This document shows positions 1 through 12,790 of a stretch of 64,000 nucleotides of DNA, piece by piece. The notes beneath the pieces were generated by a model. The model was given only the letters and a program-made list of their open reading frames with translations. It searched no databases and was not told the DNA's origin. The position numbers and the translations under genes are program-made. Every line of letters starts with the position of its first letter. The first letter of the stretch is position 1. Origin of the DNA: Pocillopora damicornis (taxonomy: Eukaryota); the NCBI RefSeq assembly GCF_003704095.1, contig NW_020847079.1, positions 558,001 through 622,000 of the forward strand. Reading direction: 5' to 3'.

Positions 1-170
1 ACACTGACTGATACTCTAAACATTTCAAACGGCTAAAATCTAGCAAACGATTCTGTCTCGTGACGAAAGAGGTGAACAAACGTATCGAATATCGTATTGA
101 TTAGCGTTCGGTCAACGTCGTAATGAGCAACTCTTTTTAAAAAAAGCTACTCTTTTTAAATTAAACTATT

Positions 171-394
171 CAAACCTGTATGAACATTTCATGACCAGAC
201 TACAGGACAGCCGCCGGGAGCTCTTGGAGTGAGGCACTAACATTTTTTTTTTCTTCACTGATTTTATTCGACCTGCGCTTCGGACTTGTGCTGTTATCAC
301 CGCGCCACGGACTTGCGCCACTGCTTGTGCTGTTATCGCCGCTTACGCTAAATAAGATCCTGTAGTTTAGTCCTGAAATGTTGATACAGGTTTG
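171..394. mobile_element. MITE-like element with about 38 bp terminal inverted repeats
   Basis: CAAACCTGTATGAACATTTCATGACCAGACTACAGGA (from 171) is the imperfect reverse complement of TCCTGTAGTTTAGTCCTGAAATGTTGATACAGGTTTG (ending 394). No ORF inside. Confidence 0.65.
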
Positions 395-2675
395 GCTTAA
401 GCTCTTAAGCTCTTAAGCTCTACATAATTCTGCTGTCACCCCAGCAAAATCACCAAAAGTTTGAAGTCACTACGGCGAAGAAATTAATAAGTGTAAGATG
501 TTTTTATATTTCACTGCTTTCGAACATCTTGATAGGCGGAATCAACCGCAGTTTTCAATGGTCTGGTCTGAACTTGAGAAATATCACCCAAGAAAGAAAG
601 AGTACTTTTGACCAATTTTAGAAAGCTGTCTAACGGGTGTTTTAAAATAAATTATGTTGAACCTCTAAATAAACACATTTCAAAATTGAAATGCTTTCAA
701 AACCCCTTAGATATCACCCAATTTAGGAATGCAAACGATTTTTAGTTGCATGCGATGTGTTATGAGGAGCGAGCTTGTCAACTTTTGAAATTTTCAATCG
801 CCTCACAAAAAAGCTGCATGGCTGGAGAAAGTACCATTATTCCCTTGTTTGTGTTTTTACTGGTTTAATCCGACTGCATGGGGACGATTCATTGACGGGT
901 ACTATTCACATCGAAAGTAAATACTTTCTCTTGATAACATTTTTGGCGAAAAAAAAGATTTGGCTCACGAATGCTTCAACTTGAACAGGCTAAAACACAA
1001 TGTTTAACTACCCCCATCCATTCTTTGAGCTAGTCAAGGCCGCGAACCAAAATTGTTTTGATGTTAATTCCAACCAAACATCAGAGAAGACTAAAACAAC
1101 GTTCAGTGTCATGGTAATCAGACTTACATGTATTGATCTACACTAATCAGTCGTCTGCATTGACGAAACATCCATTCATTACTGAAATCGTCCTGACTAA
1201 ACAAAGACCGTAAAGCTCACGCCTCCGACGCCGGCAGTTGGTAATTTAAGCTGGTTTTAAAAGTGAGCTGCACTCAAACCCCCCTTAACAACTACAACAG
1301 GATCATCATGATTTTCATCGGTAACACCACATCAAACAAAATCATTGGTCGAATGTTAAAAAACACGCAATAACTTCCTTTAAGTACAATTTGATAAGAT
1401 GTTGGCGGCTGCATGCGAGATCAATTCACTGACTCTCAAGTACTTTAAATGCATTTCTCTTTTATTATGAAAATAGCCAAAAAAGAAGGAGAGCTTTACA
1501 ACTTGGAATAAATTGAGATTTTACACCTCACACTCAAGAGTTGAAAGACAGCGAAATTAGATTTGAACTGTTTCTGTGCAAAGTATTACAAAACACTAAT
1601 TACCTTCTTAGCTTATGTTTTTTTCTTTAATCTCGCATTCAAAAACAGGTGTAACTGAATTTTGTCGGAAACGTTTAATTCCTTGCTCCCAGTTGGGTGA
1701 GGAAGCGAACAAAATAAACTCATCAAAAATCCTTGTTTTCCATCAGCCATACAATAGCAGTCAAAATCTTTATCAATGACCAGGTATTGAATTAGAGCAG
1801 CACAAATTGCAATGTATGGGATGACTGGCAAGTTATCCCCCTTCAAGCAATTAGAATGTGGCGCCATCTAATAGAAAATACTTAAAATCGATGTTTGAAT
1901 AATCTGCTTTTTTTCCTCTTTTGTTGATTTGAATTGACGAAGTTCAATTAAGGATACTCAGCGATACCTTTGAACGCGGATTGGTGGGGAAAGTTTCGAC
2001 AGGACTTGGGTATTAAACTTAAAGGCGTGCGTTTTTCGATTTGCCTCGCGGAAAAAACATTGACACCTGAAAACTTTTTCTGCAATACTGGATATGATTT
2101 GAGGTTGCGCACCACATCGAGAGCTCTTCATCGTTATTGGGAAAGCTATACAACGTATCCGTAAAGCTTTACACTCGATAAAGCGCTGACTTTCCTTTCA
2201 AGTTGCCGTAAACAGTGAAGCACTATTTTGATGAAGACTGCAGGTCATCAGGATCAGATTTGCTGACTGCCCCAATATCAAGACTCTTGTGAGCGTCCTT
2301 ACTTGATAATTGGAGACTCTGGAAGCCCTCTCATAACCTAACACGAGAGAAACTGATATAAAACTTGTTTTGGACGATTATTATACAGGTGACTCGATGA
2401 TTATTCTTGACCATACTGTTGTAAAAAGTGTCTTTGGTGTTATGTTTTGTTACGACGAAAGAAAATGAACACATCGGAAATGATAGCAAAGCCCATGTCA
2501 AAGTGACTCCATCTGCGACGATTTTCTATGCTAGAACACCACTTTCTCATATTTAGACGCCGATCCAATGATGATAGTCACAGAATAAAACGATAGAAGT
2601 TGACTGCTGTAGACTAATTCTACCTTTGTTTCTACTGTTGGGTCAGCAAACTGTAGGAAAACGCTGACCAAACTC

Positions 2676-3609
2676 ATGGCGAATTTAACTGAGTATGGCA
2701 ACTATAGCATGATATATCGAGAGTACTATTGCAGTCCAGGTCTTCGAAAAGCCATGAAGATATCAATTTTAATTTTTACAATCCCCATATCCATCATGGC
2801 ATTTTTCGGAAATGCTCTGATCATCCCTGCTCTTCGAAAGTTGTCTTCTCTGCATTCACCGTCAAAAATTTTGATCAGTTGCCTTGCGTGCACAGATCTA
2901 GGAGTGGGCCTCATTTCAAATCCTCTCCTCAATGGGTATTATTTCTCCAGAGAACTCCAAGAGTTGTCACTACTTTTGGGCACTTTCCTATACCGCTACT
3001 ACGATATTATGCGGCGCATCTTTGTCAACAACGACTGCAATAAGTGTAGACAGACTTCTTGCTCTATTACTAGGGCTAAGGTACAGGCAGGTTGTAACTG
3101 TGAGGCGAGTAATGGCCCTTGTTGTCACTATATGGCTTTCCAGCATCCTTATCGCCGCGGTGGTGTATTATAGCTATCTTATTGCTTTAGGTATGGCATC
3201 TGCAGGACTCGTGTTGTGTATAGTGATCTCCACTTTCTGCTACACCAAAATCTATCACACGCTTCGCCTTTCTCGAGCACAATTGCAAGACCAAGGCAAT
3301 CAAGGACAACGAAATGGAGAAGGATCGCAACTGAACAAAGCAAGGTACAAAAAGACAGTGTCCACGGTAGTGTGGATACAAATGACATTACTGGCTTGTT
3401 ATCTCCCATTTGGTTTAGTCGGAGCTGTAAAGGCTATCTTTAGATTGTATGTTCCGTCCCAGAGCTTAATATATGCTGTAACGCTGTCTCTGCTGATGTC
3501 TAACTCAACTATTAACCCACTTTTGTATTGCTGGAAGATTAGAGATATACGACAAGTAGTAAGAGGCACGATCAGGCAGTTTCGTTGCATCTTTAGTGAA
3601 GAAGCTTAG
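2676..3609 (+). pseudogene. Intronless rhodopsin-family (class A) GPCR with one frameshift near 2941-2948 (pseudogene, null allele or sequencing error)
   Basis: ORF 2676 supplies the N-terminus, TM1 (GN) and TM2 (LACTD). ORF 2932 supplies TM3 SVDRLL, TM5 CYTKI, TM6 CYLPF and TM7 NPLLY. The span is 934 nt; adding 2 nt gives 936 nt, the exact length of the intact paralog at 7487-8422. Confidence 0.85.
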
Positions 3610-4305
3610 AAGCAACCTGGCTCCAATAAAACGTGCTGAAAATCATGCAATAGTCAACCGGCTGTCGACCATGATTTGCATCTGACAAAAATAGACATGC
3701 AGACCGCTACTCTGCGAAGTAAAAAACACAGCATGCTATTATTGTAGACGTATTGGTTGAGGTTTAGTAGTTTCTTTCGATATTAGCTCATTTCCTTTTC
3801 TTATTCTCTTCCTCGAAGTACGGTTTAAATCGTTTGCTAACTTGGTAACTAACGCTTAAATGGCTTCTTTCGTACAATCGAAAACCTCCATAAACCAATT
3901 TGTTGGTTCTTTTCAAACTTATACTGGTGTATAATTAGTCTTATTTTGTACAAGTACACTCAAATAAGACTGGCAGCTACGAGGCCAGTATATTTGAATC
4001 TAATTTATAACATAGCTAGTCAATTTGTCTAATCAAATTCAATTTCGTGAGCGTGCTTCATATTCCTACTGTGCACGCTCATGACGTCAGCAAACAAATC
4101 CCTCGAGAATTTTGTATTCAATCAGAAAATAAAGTTCATTTACACGCATGAATTCACCTGTCAGTTTTTTGACCAATCTAAGACAAGATCGTTTGCAGCG
4201 TAGCGAAATGTTTTCCTGGAACAAAATTATCAACGCGCTGACGCGTAGCAGAGGGAATATTAACCCTTTTTCAACATTTAAACCATCGGGTTGAAAATGT
4301 TATAC

Positions 4306-4496
4306 AACAATTGGTTCACACGTCAGCTGTGCATTCATCGAGATATGAAGCACTTGGGAAGTTTGGAGGGCACTCAAGAGGCTAGAGTTGCTCTTGACTA
4401 CGCCCTCGAGCAACTCTTACGCAATTTTCGTGCTCTCCAAACTTCCCGCGTGCTTCATATCTCGATGAACGCACGCTGACGTATGAACCAATTGTT
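4306..4496. mobile_element. Palindromic MITE-like element (about 190 bp foldback)
   Basis: AACAATTGGTTCACACGTCAGC...GGGAAGTTTGGAGGGCAC pairs with GTGCTCTCCAAACTTCCC...GCTGACGTATGAACCAATTGTT over about 65 bp, with an inner GAGTTGCTC/GAGCAACTC stem. Confidence 0.75.
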
Positions 4497-4711
4497 AAAT
4501 ACTATTTAACAAGTACTTTAAATGCTTACCTATTTTTAATCACCCTCTGTACTAACATGAGTTAGAACTTAAATTTTCTAGGAAATTTAACTTAAATTTT
4601 TGTTTAACTGAAAAAACGAGAAGCAGAAATTTGTAACGTTACTCCAAAACAATGGAGAATTGAACCAATTCTATCCGGTGAAACTAAAATCCAAACTAAG
4701 ATACAAACTGA

Positions 4712-5022
4712 AAATGAAAGCGATCTTCGCAGTAATGAATACTACTTAAGCAGTAGTGAAAAGAAGGCCTGAAAACAAAAATTCAGGCCTGTACGGGATT
4801 TGAACCCATGACCTCTGCCGTGTTGGTTCTAAATAGACCCGTGGAGTGGTGAATAAACGGCTGTGAATATATGAAAGTCATATATTTGAACTACGGATAA
4901 AGACGTGAATATGAAAGCGATCTTCGCAGTAATGAAAAGACTGCTTACACTACTGCTTAAACACTACTGCCTACGTAGTGTTCATTACTGCGTAGGTCGC
5001 TTTCATATTCACGTCTTTATCC
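4712..5022 (-). mobile_element. tRNA-derived SINE-like element with direct and inverted terminal segments, next to a gap
   Basis: Minus strand reads GCAGAGGTCATGGGTTCAAATCCCGTACAGGCC (B-box/T-arm-like). ATGAAAGCGATCTTCGCAGTAATGAA occurs near 4714 and 4911, and inverted at about 4981-5007. Same family as 39108-39374. Confidence 0.7.
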
Positions 5023-6039
5023 CCNNNNNNNNNNNNNNNNNNNNNNNNNNNNNNNNNNNNNNNNNNNNNNNNNNNNNNNNNNNNNNNNNNNNNNNNNNNN
5101 NNNNNNNNNNNNNNNNNNNNNNNNNNNNNNNNNNNNNNNNNNNNNNNNNNNNNNNNNNNNNNNNNNNNNNNNNNNNNNNNNNNNNNNNNNNNNNNNNNNN
5201 NNNNNNNNNNNNNNNNNNNNNNNNNNNNNNNNNNNNNNNNNNNNNNNNNNNNNNNNNNNNNNNNNNNNNNNNNNNNNNNNNNNNNNNNNNNNNNNNNNNN
5301 NNNNNNNNNNNNNNNNNNNNNNNNNNNNNNNNNNNNNNNNNNNNNNNNNNNNNNNNNNNNNNNNNNNNNNNNNNNNNNNNNNNNNNNNNNNNNNNNNNNN
5401 NNNNNNNNNNNNNNNNNNNNNNNNNNNNNNNNNNNNNNNNNNNNNNNNNNNNNNNNNNNNNNNNNNNNNNNNNNNNNNNNNNNNNNNNNNNNNNNNNNNN
5501 NNNNNNNNNNNNNNNNNNNNNNNNNNNNNNNNNNNNNNNNNNNNNNNNNNNNNNNNNNNNNNNNNNNNNNNNNNNNNNNNNNNNNNNNNNNNNNNNNNNN
5601 NNNNNNNNNNATACAAACTGTTTTACATCACTGATACATTACTTGGCAGAATGATTCCCTGCTTTTAGAGCGGTCAAGCAAAATATTGAGAACCTTATCA
5701 TTTATCTTTACTTTAGTCCTTTATTCAAGAAAAGGTGGGAAATAAGCTGTGGGAAGCTTTTATATCTGTTCCAGACAAACACTGAGTGGACCAGGAAGGA
5801 ACAAGGCTGAACGAGGAACAAAAAGATGCTCATCAATGATCCTCGTTTGCCATCCATCGGTCATGTAACAGATCTTTTTCAATTATTTGGTATGAAATTA
5901 GAGAAGGGCAAAACGAATTGCAATGGATGACGAGTTGTTCGCCGTCAAGGAAAAGATTAAGGCGCCTTTCTGAGAAAAGATGTTTTTTATTCTTTTTTTT
6001 TATAATTCGTTGATTTAAACTGAAGAAGTTCAAAGACAC

Positions 6040-6700
6040 ATAAAGCTGCCTTTTTACAACATTACGAGGTTAGTTTCGACAGAGTTTGAGGAATTAATTA
6101 AAAAGGCGTGTGTTTCTCTGTTTGTGAAAGATCTTGACGACCATTTTCTCGCACTACAGACATAATTTCAGGCTGGAGCCCAAATCCTGCTCTCTTGTTT
6201 TTTTTTGAGGAAGGCAATGGTTAGTAGTCGGTAACCTCTCAGCACGATATGGTGCCTGCTTCCTTGTCAAGCTGCATGAAAAAGTGGATTTTTTTCATAT
6301 GAAGACCCTGCCGCATTAGCACCCTTAATCAAGCTGCTTATAAATGCATCAATACTGTTACTTAGTAGCTAGATTTTCGGAATTCCTTCCAAGACCTAAT
6401 ACAGGAGACACTGGCATTAAACAAGTTTTAAAACAGAATTGTACAGGGGATTTTGTTGTTGTTCACGACTTCGATTACCGGAAATAAAACCAAGTTAAAA
6501 CACCACGATATGATTCATTTGTTGTCATGCTTTTGTAGCTCTCGAATTTATAGTTGATGATATCCTTTCACAGATTTCGAAATGCCCTTGCGTTTTTTCA
6601 TCAAAAGGCGATTAAATTCTCTGAGGTGGAGTATTTTGAATAACGAAAATGAGATTTTTGCATGGAATGACTCCGTCTCAGGCGATTGCTATCTCCAACA
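6040..6700 (+). repeat. Diverged duplicate of the region upstream of the first GPCR (about 1960-2530)
   Basis: Collinear matches include AGTTTCGACAG..AAAGGCGTG (about 1991/6072), TCAAG.TGC..AGTG..ATGAAGAC (about 2198/6267), ACCTAA.AC..GAGA.ACTG (about 2336/6394) and TGACTCC.TCT (about 2504/6668). Confidence 0.6.
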
Positions 6701-7486
6701 AGACTAAATTGAGTCTAATTTAACTTAGTTCAGTGCCTTTCTTCCCAATTTACGCCAGCTTTTTTTTAACCGCATGGACGGGAACACAAACATTTTTCTA
6801 CTTGTATTCTTTTAAATAAAGTTTTATTGCTGCTCCAAAATCAAATCTACACTTTATTTGGAACCATCCTGCAAGGTATTATGTAAATAACTGATGGTAT
6901 CATTCAACTCAAAGTGGTCAGATCGACCTCACAGTATATAAAGGTCGACCCCACATTACTTTCAGTTGTTACGGTATAAAATCACAATCCCACAAACTCA
7001 ATTATGTTATTAAACAGCGAGTAATGTTCTTAACAAAGAGCGCCTCCTAAAAGCAGTACAATACTTATCGTTAATAAACTTAATTCAGTAAGCCTGCCAC
7101 AATCAACATCCTAGCTCACCACTGAGACAATCTCATTGCTGTCTCCAAAGTGCCTTGAAATGAGAAATTTTCCGCGGTAACTCTTTCTCGGTAGAGCTTT
7201 CAAAACAGTCTTCGCTCCGACAACAACAACTGTAACTAGCCCTACTACTGCATAAGTCATTCTTTATATATTTACAAAGTGTTCTGGAACATTCCAGAAG
7301 CTTGGATAATAACTGTTTTAGTAGTATTACATAATAGGTGCGTGACATTATGAAATGCTCCAGAAAGTTCCATGGTATGCAAGTCAGCATGACCAAGCAG
7401 TCTGGAGATTTCTAGAAGGTTGTATTTACAACAATTACTCATAACGCAATGGACTGCCATCGCATCTTGTTAAAGTCACGGTGCTT

Positions 7487-8422
7487 CTAAGTTTCTTCAT
7501 TAGGATAACAACAAAATTGTCTTATCGTGTGCTTTACGGCTCGTTTCATTTCTCTCATCCTCCAACAATACAGGATTGGATTTATAGTCGAGTTAGACAA
7601 CATAAGAGATGTCGATAAACACGAGACAAAGTTGAATGATGGCGTTTCATGTTCAGTGATAGAAACAAAACCAATGACCAAAACAAAAGGGAGATAACAA
7701 ACCAGTGATGCCATTTGTACCCACAGTGCTGTGGACACTGTCTTTTTGTATCTCGCGTTATTCAATGGAGTTGCTTCTTCATTCTGTTGTCCTTGGTGAC
7801 CTTGGCTCTGAATTTGTGCTTGCGAGAGGCGGAGAGTGCGATAAATTTTGATGTAACAAAATGAAGAGATCATTATGCCTAACAAAAACGTTGCAGACCC
7901 AATGCCTAGGAAAATGCGATAACTATGAAATAGTACCGGCATAATGATAATGCATAAGACCCAATGAGTACCAACGAGAGCCTTTACTCGCCTCATAGTT
8001 ACAACCTGTTTGTATCTTAGTCCCAGCGACAGAGCAAGAAGTCTGTCCACACTTATTGCAGTCATTGTTGACGAAGATACCCCACAAAATATTGAACCAG
8101 TGATAAGAAAAAGTAAAGAAGAGAAGAAACAAACCCTTGAGTGCTCAGGGGCCATAAGGAAAATACAGAAAAGAGGATGTGAAATAAGGCCCACGCCCAA
8201 ATCTGTGCAAGCAAGACAACTGAGCAAGAGTTTTGACGGCGGATGAAGGCACGACACCTTTCGGAGAGCAATGATGATCAAGAGATTTCCAATAATTGCA
8301 AAAATGGATGAGGGAAGATTTATAGTTGAAATGAATATCTTCTGAGCTGTTCCTAGACCTAGAGAACAGGAAAACCCCAGGCCTGTTGTCGTATAATTTC
8401 CATCCTCAGTTAAATTCGCCAT
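7487..8422 (-). CDS. Intronless class A GPCR, 311 aa, cnidarian-type orphan (melanocortin/adenosine receptor-like)
   Basis: First ATG at 8422 (MANLT; the ORF track start at 8434 is GTG). Seven hydrophobic segments with GN, LACTD, SVDRLL, CYIKI, CYLPF and NPILY, N-terminal NLT/NYT sequons and a very short ECL2. Confidence 0.93.
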   Translation of the reverse strand: MANLTEDGNYTTTGLGFSCSLGLGTAQKIFISTINLPSSIFAIIGNLLIIIALRKVSCLHPPSKLLLSCLACTDLGVGLISHPLFCIFLMAPEHSRVCFFSSLLFLITGSIFCGVSSSTMTAISVDRLLALSLGLRYKQVVTMRRVKALVGTHWVLCIIIMPVLFHSYRIFLGIGSATFLLGIMISSFCYIKIYRTLRLSQAQIQSQGHQGQQNEEATPLNNARYKKTVSTALWVQMASLVCYLPFVLVIGFVSITEHETPSFNFVSCLSTSLMLSNSTINPILYCWRMREMKRAVKHTIRQFCCYPNEET

Positions 8423-9429
8423 TATTTCATCCACGGCTCTTTCTTCATATGCAACCCGAGCTCTAGTAACACTGTTAGAGTTGATCTAGATATATTTGTT
8501 TTTTCCGCTTCAAAGTGTATTGGTCTCTTCTGAAATAAAGAAAATTACCTCTTAATCCATAAGATCAAATTGTAAATTATAAATTAACGACGTGATAAAA
8601 TGGTAATATATTCCTAAACACTGACGATGTCGCCGCCAAAACTGGAAATTACTCACCTGGATCCGTTTCAGGCTAGTTGCAACTCGTGCTACAGTATACG
8701 AGGTATTTTCTTATGCCCGTATAAACGTAAAAATTCTGCCTTCACAGCAGAATGATCAACAATATGGTCTTCGTAACAAACCCTTTTTTTATGGTAAAAT
8801 AGCTTCTAGTGAGGTCTTAAATTACTTAATGTTCGAAAGAAATTTTAGAAAAAGGAATCAAAACCATGTCTTCGAGCTTTCGCCGATCTAATGCATGATG
8901 ATGCCGTGGATCGGCAAAAATTCGAAGATTCATTTAATTTAACTCGTTTTTAAAAGTTTTAAATTTAGGAAATTTATACAGTAGTTTAAGGCCTCATCAG
9001 AAACTATTATCCCATTTCAAAATGTTACTGAAGGACAACATGAATTGACCCCTTATTTTGGTTAGAATGAGCGGGAAAACGGCTGGATGGATGTAACGAA
9101 AGTCTAGGTTGTGAAAATGGCACACAACTGAAATGAGCTGGTCGCTTTCCCGCTCGCTGAGAGCCAGAGGATGTTTAACTCTTACTTTGGCCAATTGCAA
9201 GTATAAGTGTACTACGTAACACAATTTGTAAAACTACTTTAGTGACGTTATTTATAAGGGGAGTTTGTCAAAAGAAGCAGAAACCTTATTGAACTTTACA
9301 AACACAAAACGACTCAGTGCACCTCAATAAATAACTAAATATAAAACCCCAAACTGGTTTTTTTTATCCTCAAACTGTGCCTTGATATTTAAAGGAGAAA
9401 ACTGAAGGTTCGCTCAGCGATGATACACG

Positions 9430-12400
9430 TTTGTGAGTCGCAAACAGGCAAACCACCCATACACCATGTTTCGGAATCTATTATAAAACCGAAACGAAAC
9501 TGACTTACCTGAACACTCACAGTGGAGATATATGAAACGATGCTTCGGTCTTGAATTCCTTCAATTCTATCGGTCGCAAAAAGAGAAAAAACTATATTAT
9601 AGGAATGAATATACAAATTATGTTTGTATATTAAATTATTGTAAATTATCTTGTCCTCGTCGAGAAATAACTTGAAAAGTCAATCACTCGTTGGCGTCTC
9701 TAACTGCGAACGAGAAGGCTGCCAGTTATCAAAAAGAGAGAGAGAGATTTGCAAAATTTGCATTGTTCGTGGTATGTTTCTAATCCTTTGTGCCTATGAG
9801 CAGGTGATTCAATGTCTATCACGTTCCTTTGTCAAGTGAAATGGCCGGACAAAATATTGAACTTGACAAACACTGACAAAGCAAATTGTTGCTCCCCTAA
9901 TGACCCAACAGGATTTTTTTTCCACTCTCAAATTGTGCCTTGCCACTTGAAGTACAGAAAATTGATCGTTGCTTTTATAGATATCTCACATGCGTAGGTC
10001 ACAAACAGGCAAACCCCCCAAAAAACTTTCAGGAATTCATGTTCAAATCGAGAAGAAACTGCCTTACCTTGGTGCACTGAAAACTGACTCGCACAGGAAA
10101 CATGAAACGGTGCTTCGGCCTTGAATTATTTCAACTCTGTCAGTTGCAAAAGAGAGAATAAATGATATTATAAGTATATGAACATCGAAGAATAACGAGG
10201 AGAAAACCATGCACTTACATGGTTGGTAAAAATCAACGATTTTTCCAATTTAGATCGTTCGTATTTATTCGTTCGAGTATAATGGAAGAAATACCTTTTT
10301 AAATTCATACATCAGTTTATTATTGAATCAGCTATTTCTATCCCCTTTAACATGAAACTCGTTGGGTTTTTTCACTGAGAGATGTAATTTTTTTTGCATG
10401 CAGGAAAAAATGATGAGCAACAAAATTTTCGTTTCGAAAAGGAAAAAATGTTTATTCCCGTGCATATAAATACATGACTTCCTGTGATGATAAGATTCCG
10501 TGTTCTTAGCTAAGTTATTTTAGCTTTTATCAAAGTTTGCCTTCATGTAGAACTGACATTATGTTTTAATCAATATTTTTGTTCAGTCAAAGGAAAAAAT
10601 ATTTTTCCCCGTGCATATAAATAAATGACTTCCTGTGTTGATAAGACTCCGTGTTCTTAGCTAAGTTGTTTCAGCTTTTATCAAAGTTTGCCTTCATGTA
10701 GGACTGACATTATGTTTTGATTAATATTCTGTTTAATCCATGAAAAATATAGCATATTGGTCTTCGTAAAAAAACCTGAACGCACTTTTTAATATAGAGC
10801 CGTTAATGTGAGTGAACTTGGGACTAATAAAAGGAGAAAGTTTAAACAGTGTTATATAGCGTAGTAAAAGACCCTACGCAGTCTAGACGGCAAATGCAAG
10901 AAAAAAAGTTCATCAGAGAATTAATAAATCTTTTCGTCGAGAATGTCGCCAATGTCTAGGGAGTTCGACCTCTACAACGAAGCCGAACTCCAATTTCAGC
11001 GTAACATATGTGAGCAGGGCTGCACTTTGCAGAGGACGACCGGAAAATGTATCAAAACTGCTCAGTAGATCCTTTGTTCTCTTTATCTCACATGTGTGGG
11101 TCACAAACAGGCAAACCCCCCAAAAAACTATCGGGAATTCAAGTTCAAATCGAGAAGAAACTGCCTTACCTTGGTGCACTGAAAACTGACTCGCACAGGA
11201 AACATGAAACGGTGCTTCGGCCTTGAATTATTTCAACTCTGTCAGTTGCAAAAGAGAGAATAAATGATATTATAAGTATATGTGGTTCAGTGGTTTGTGA
11301 ATAAATGATATTATAATTATGTGTTTCAGTGGTTTGCTTAAGCTGTCTAGTGTCACGACTGCCACTCGTCAGAAAGAGCTACAGAAGTAAATAATGCGCG
11401 CATTTTGACAGGTGCAAAACGTTCAAATATTATCCTTTTCTACCTGCAGGTTTTTTAATATTTGTAAAAGAGAGGAACTGAAAACAACTTCTTCCCGAGT
11501 TATTTAGGATCAAACAACAAAATTGTCAAATATTCACCTGTTTTTGTGTCAGAAAAGCTACTGACGCGCAGTTAAGACATGAAACGAATCTCTGGCATTG
11601 AATTCCGGCTTCAAATCTGTCAGCCCCAAAAGTGAGAAAAATTGTACCTTACCGCTCGAAGTGCAGTAAAGTGATAGTTGCTTTTAAAGATATCTTACAT
11701 GTGTAGGTCAAAAACAGGAAAACTCCCTGCTCCCCCTCTAAAAAGAAATGACTTAACTTAGCGCCTTGAAAACTGGCTCGCACTCGGTAGAAACATGAAA
11801 CGGTGCTTCGGTCTTGAATTCCTTCAACTCTGTCAGTTGCAAAAGAGAAAATAAATGCTATTATAAGTACATAAACATCAAAGGATAATGAGGAGAAGAC
11901 CATGCATTTACTTGGTTGGAAAGAATCGACGATTTTTCCAATTTGCATTGTTTATATTTTGATAGACTTAATGGAACAATACCTTTGTTTTAATTCAAGC
12001 ATCAGTTTATTACAGAATCGGCTTTTCCTATTCCCTTTCACATGAAACTTGGTGGAATCCTTCAGAGTTAAAATATTTCTTGTATGAAAGAAAAGATGAT
12101 GAGCAACAAAATTCTCGTTTTAAAAAGGAAAAAATACTTATTTCCGTGCATATAAATACATGACTACCTGTGTTGATAAGATTCCGTATTCTTAGCTATG
12201 TTTTTTTAGCTTTTATCAAAGTTTGCCTTCATGTAGAACTGACATTGTGTTTTGATCAATATTCTGTTAAGTCCTAGAAAACATAGCATATTGGTGTTCG
12301 CGATAAAAAAAACCTGAGCGCACTTTTTAATCTAGAGCCGAAGATGTTGGTAAATGTAAACAAACAATTAACTTGGAATTAATAAAAGGAGAAAGTTTGA

Positions 12401-12790
12401 ACAGTGTTATATAGCGCAGCAAGGTTCTTACGCAGTCTGGAGGGCAAATGCGAGAAAAAAAGTTGATCAGAGAATGAGCTGCATAAATCTTTTTGTCAAG
12501 AATGTCGCTAATGTCTAGAAGAGTTCAACCTCCATATAACGACCCCAAACTTCAATTCCAGTATAACATATGTGAGCAGGGCTGAGCTTTGCAGAGGACG
12601 GCCGGAAGATGTATGAAAATAGAAGCCACACGTCAGAAAAAGCAAACGGATATAAATGATGCATGCATTTTGACAGGTGTAAAACATTCAAATATTATCG
12701 TTTTCTACCTGCGCGTTTTTGCAATTTATATACAAAAGAAGGAAAAACTGAAAACAACTTCTACCCAAATTTTTTTTAGGATCATACTGC
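9430..12790. repeat. Local tandem segmental duplication: two near-full copies of an about 1.1 kb unit plus partial copies
   Basis: The core ATGAAACG.TGCTTCGG.CTTGAATT..TTCAA.TCT.TC.GT.GCAAAA occurs at about 9531, 10102, 11203 and 11795. Long copies lie at about 9965-11050 and 11672-12610, with an internal duplication of about 155 bp (10440/10595) and a shared tail (11362-11510 vs 12624-12785). Confidence 0.85.

Noticed and set aside
4905-5654. Long ORFs crossing N runs (also 21459-21783 and 41219-41620)
   Set aside because: They are artefacts of translating assembly gaps.
9389-11948. Similar short minus-strand ORFs (DRIEGIQDRS / DRVEGIQDRS)
   Set aside because: The similarity comes from the DNA duplication; segment lengths differ by non-multiples of three, so coding is unsupported.
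9430-12790. CRISPR-like or other prokaryotic repeat array
   Set aside because: The units are long, irregular duplications without repeat-spacer periodicity, and the context is an intron-containing animal genome.
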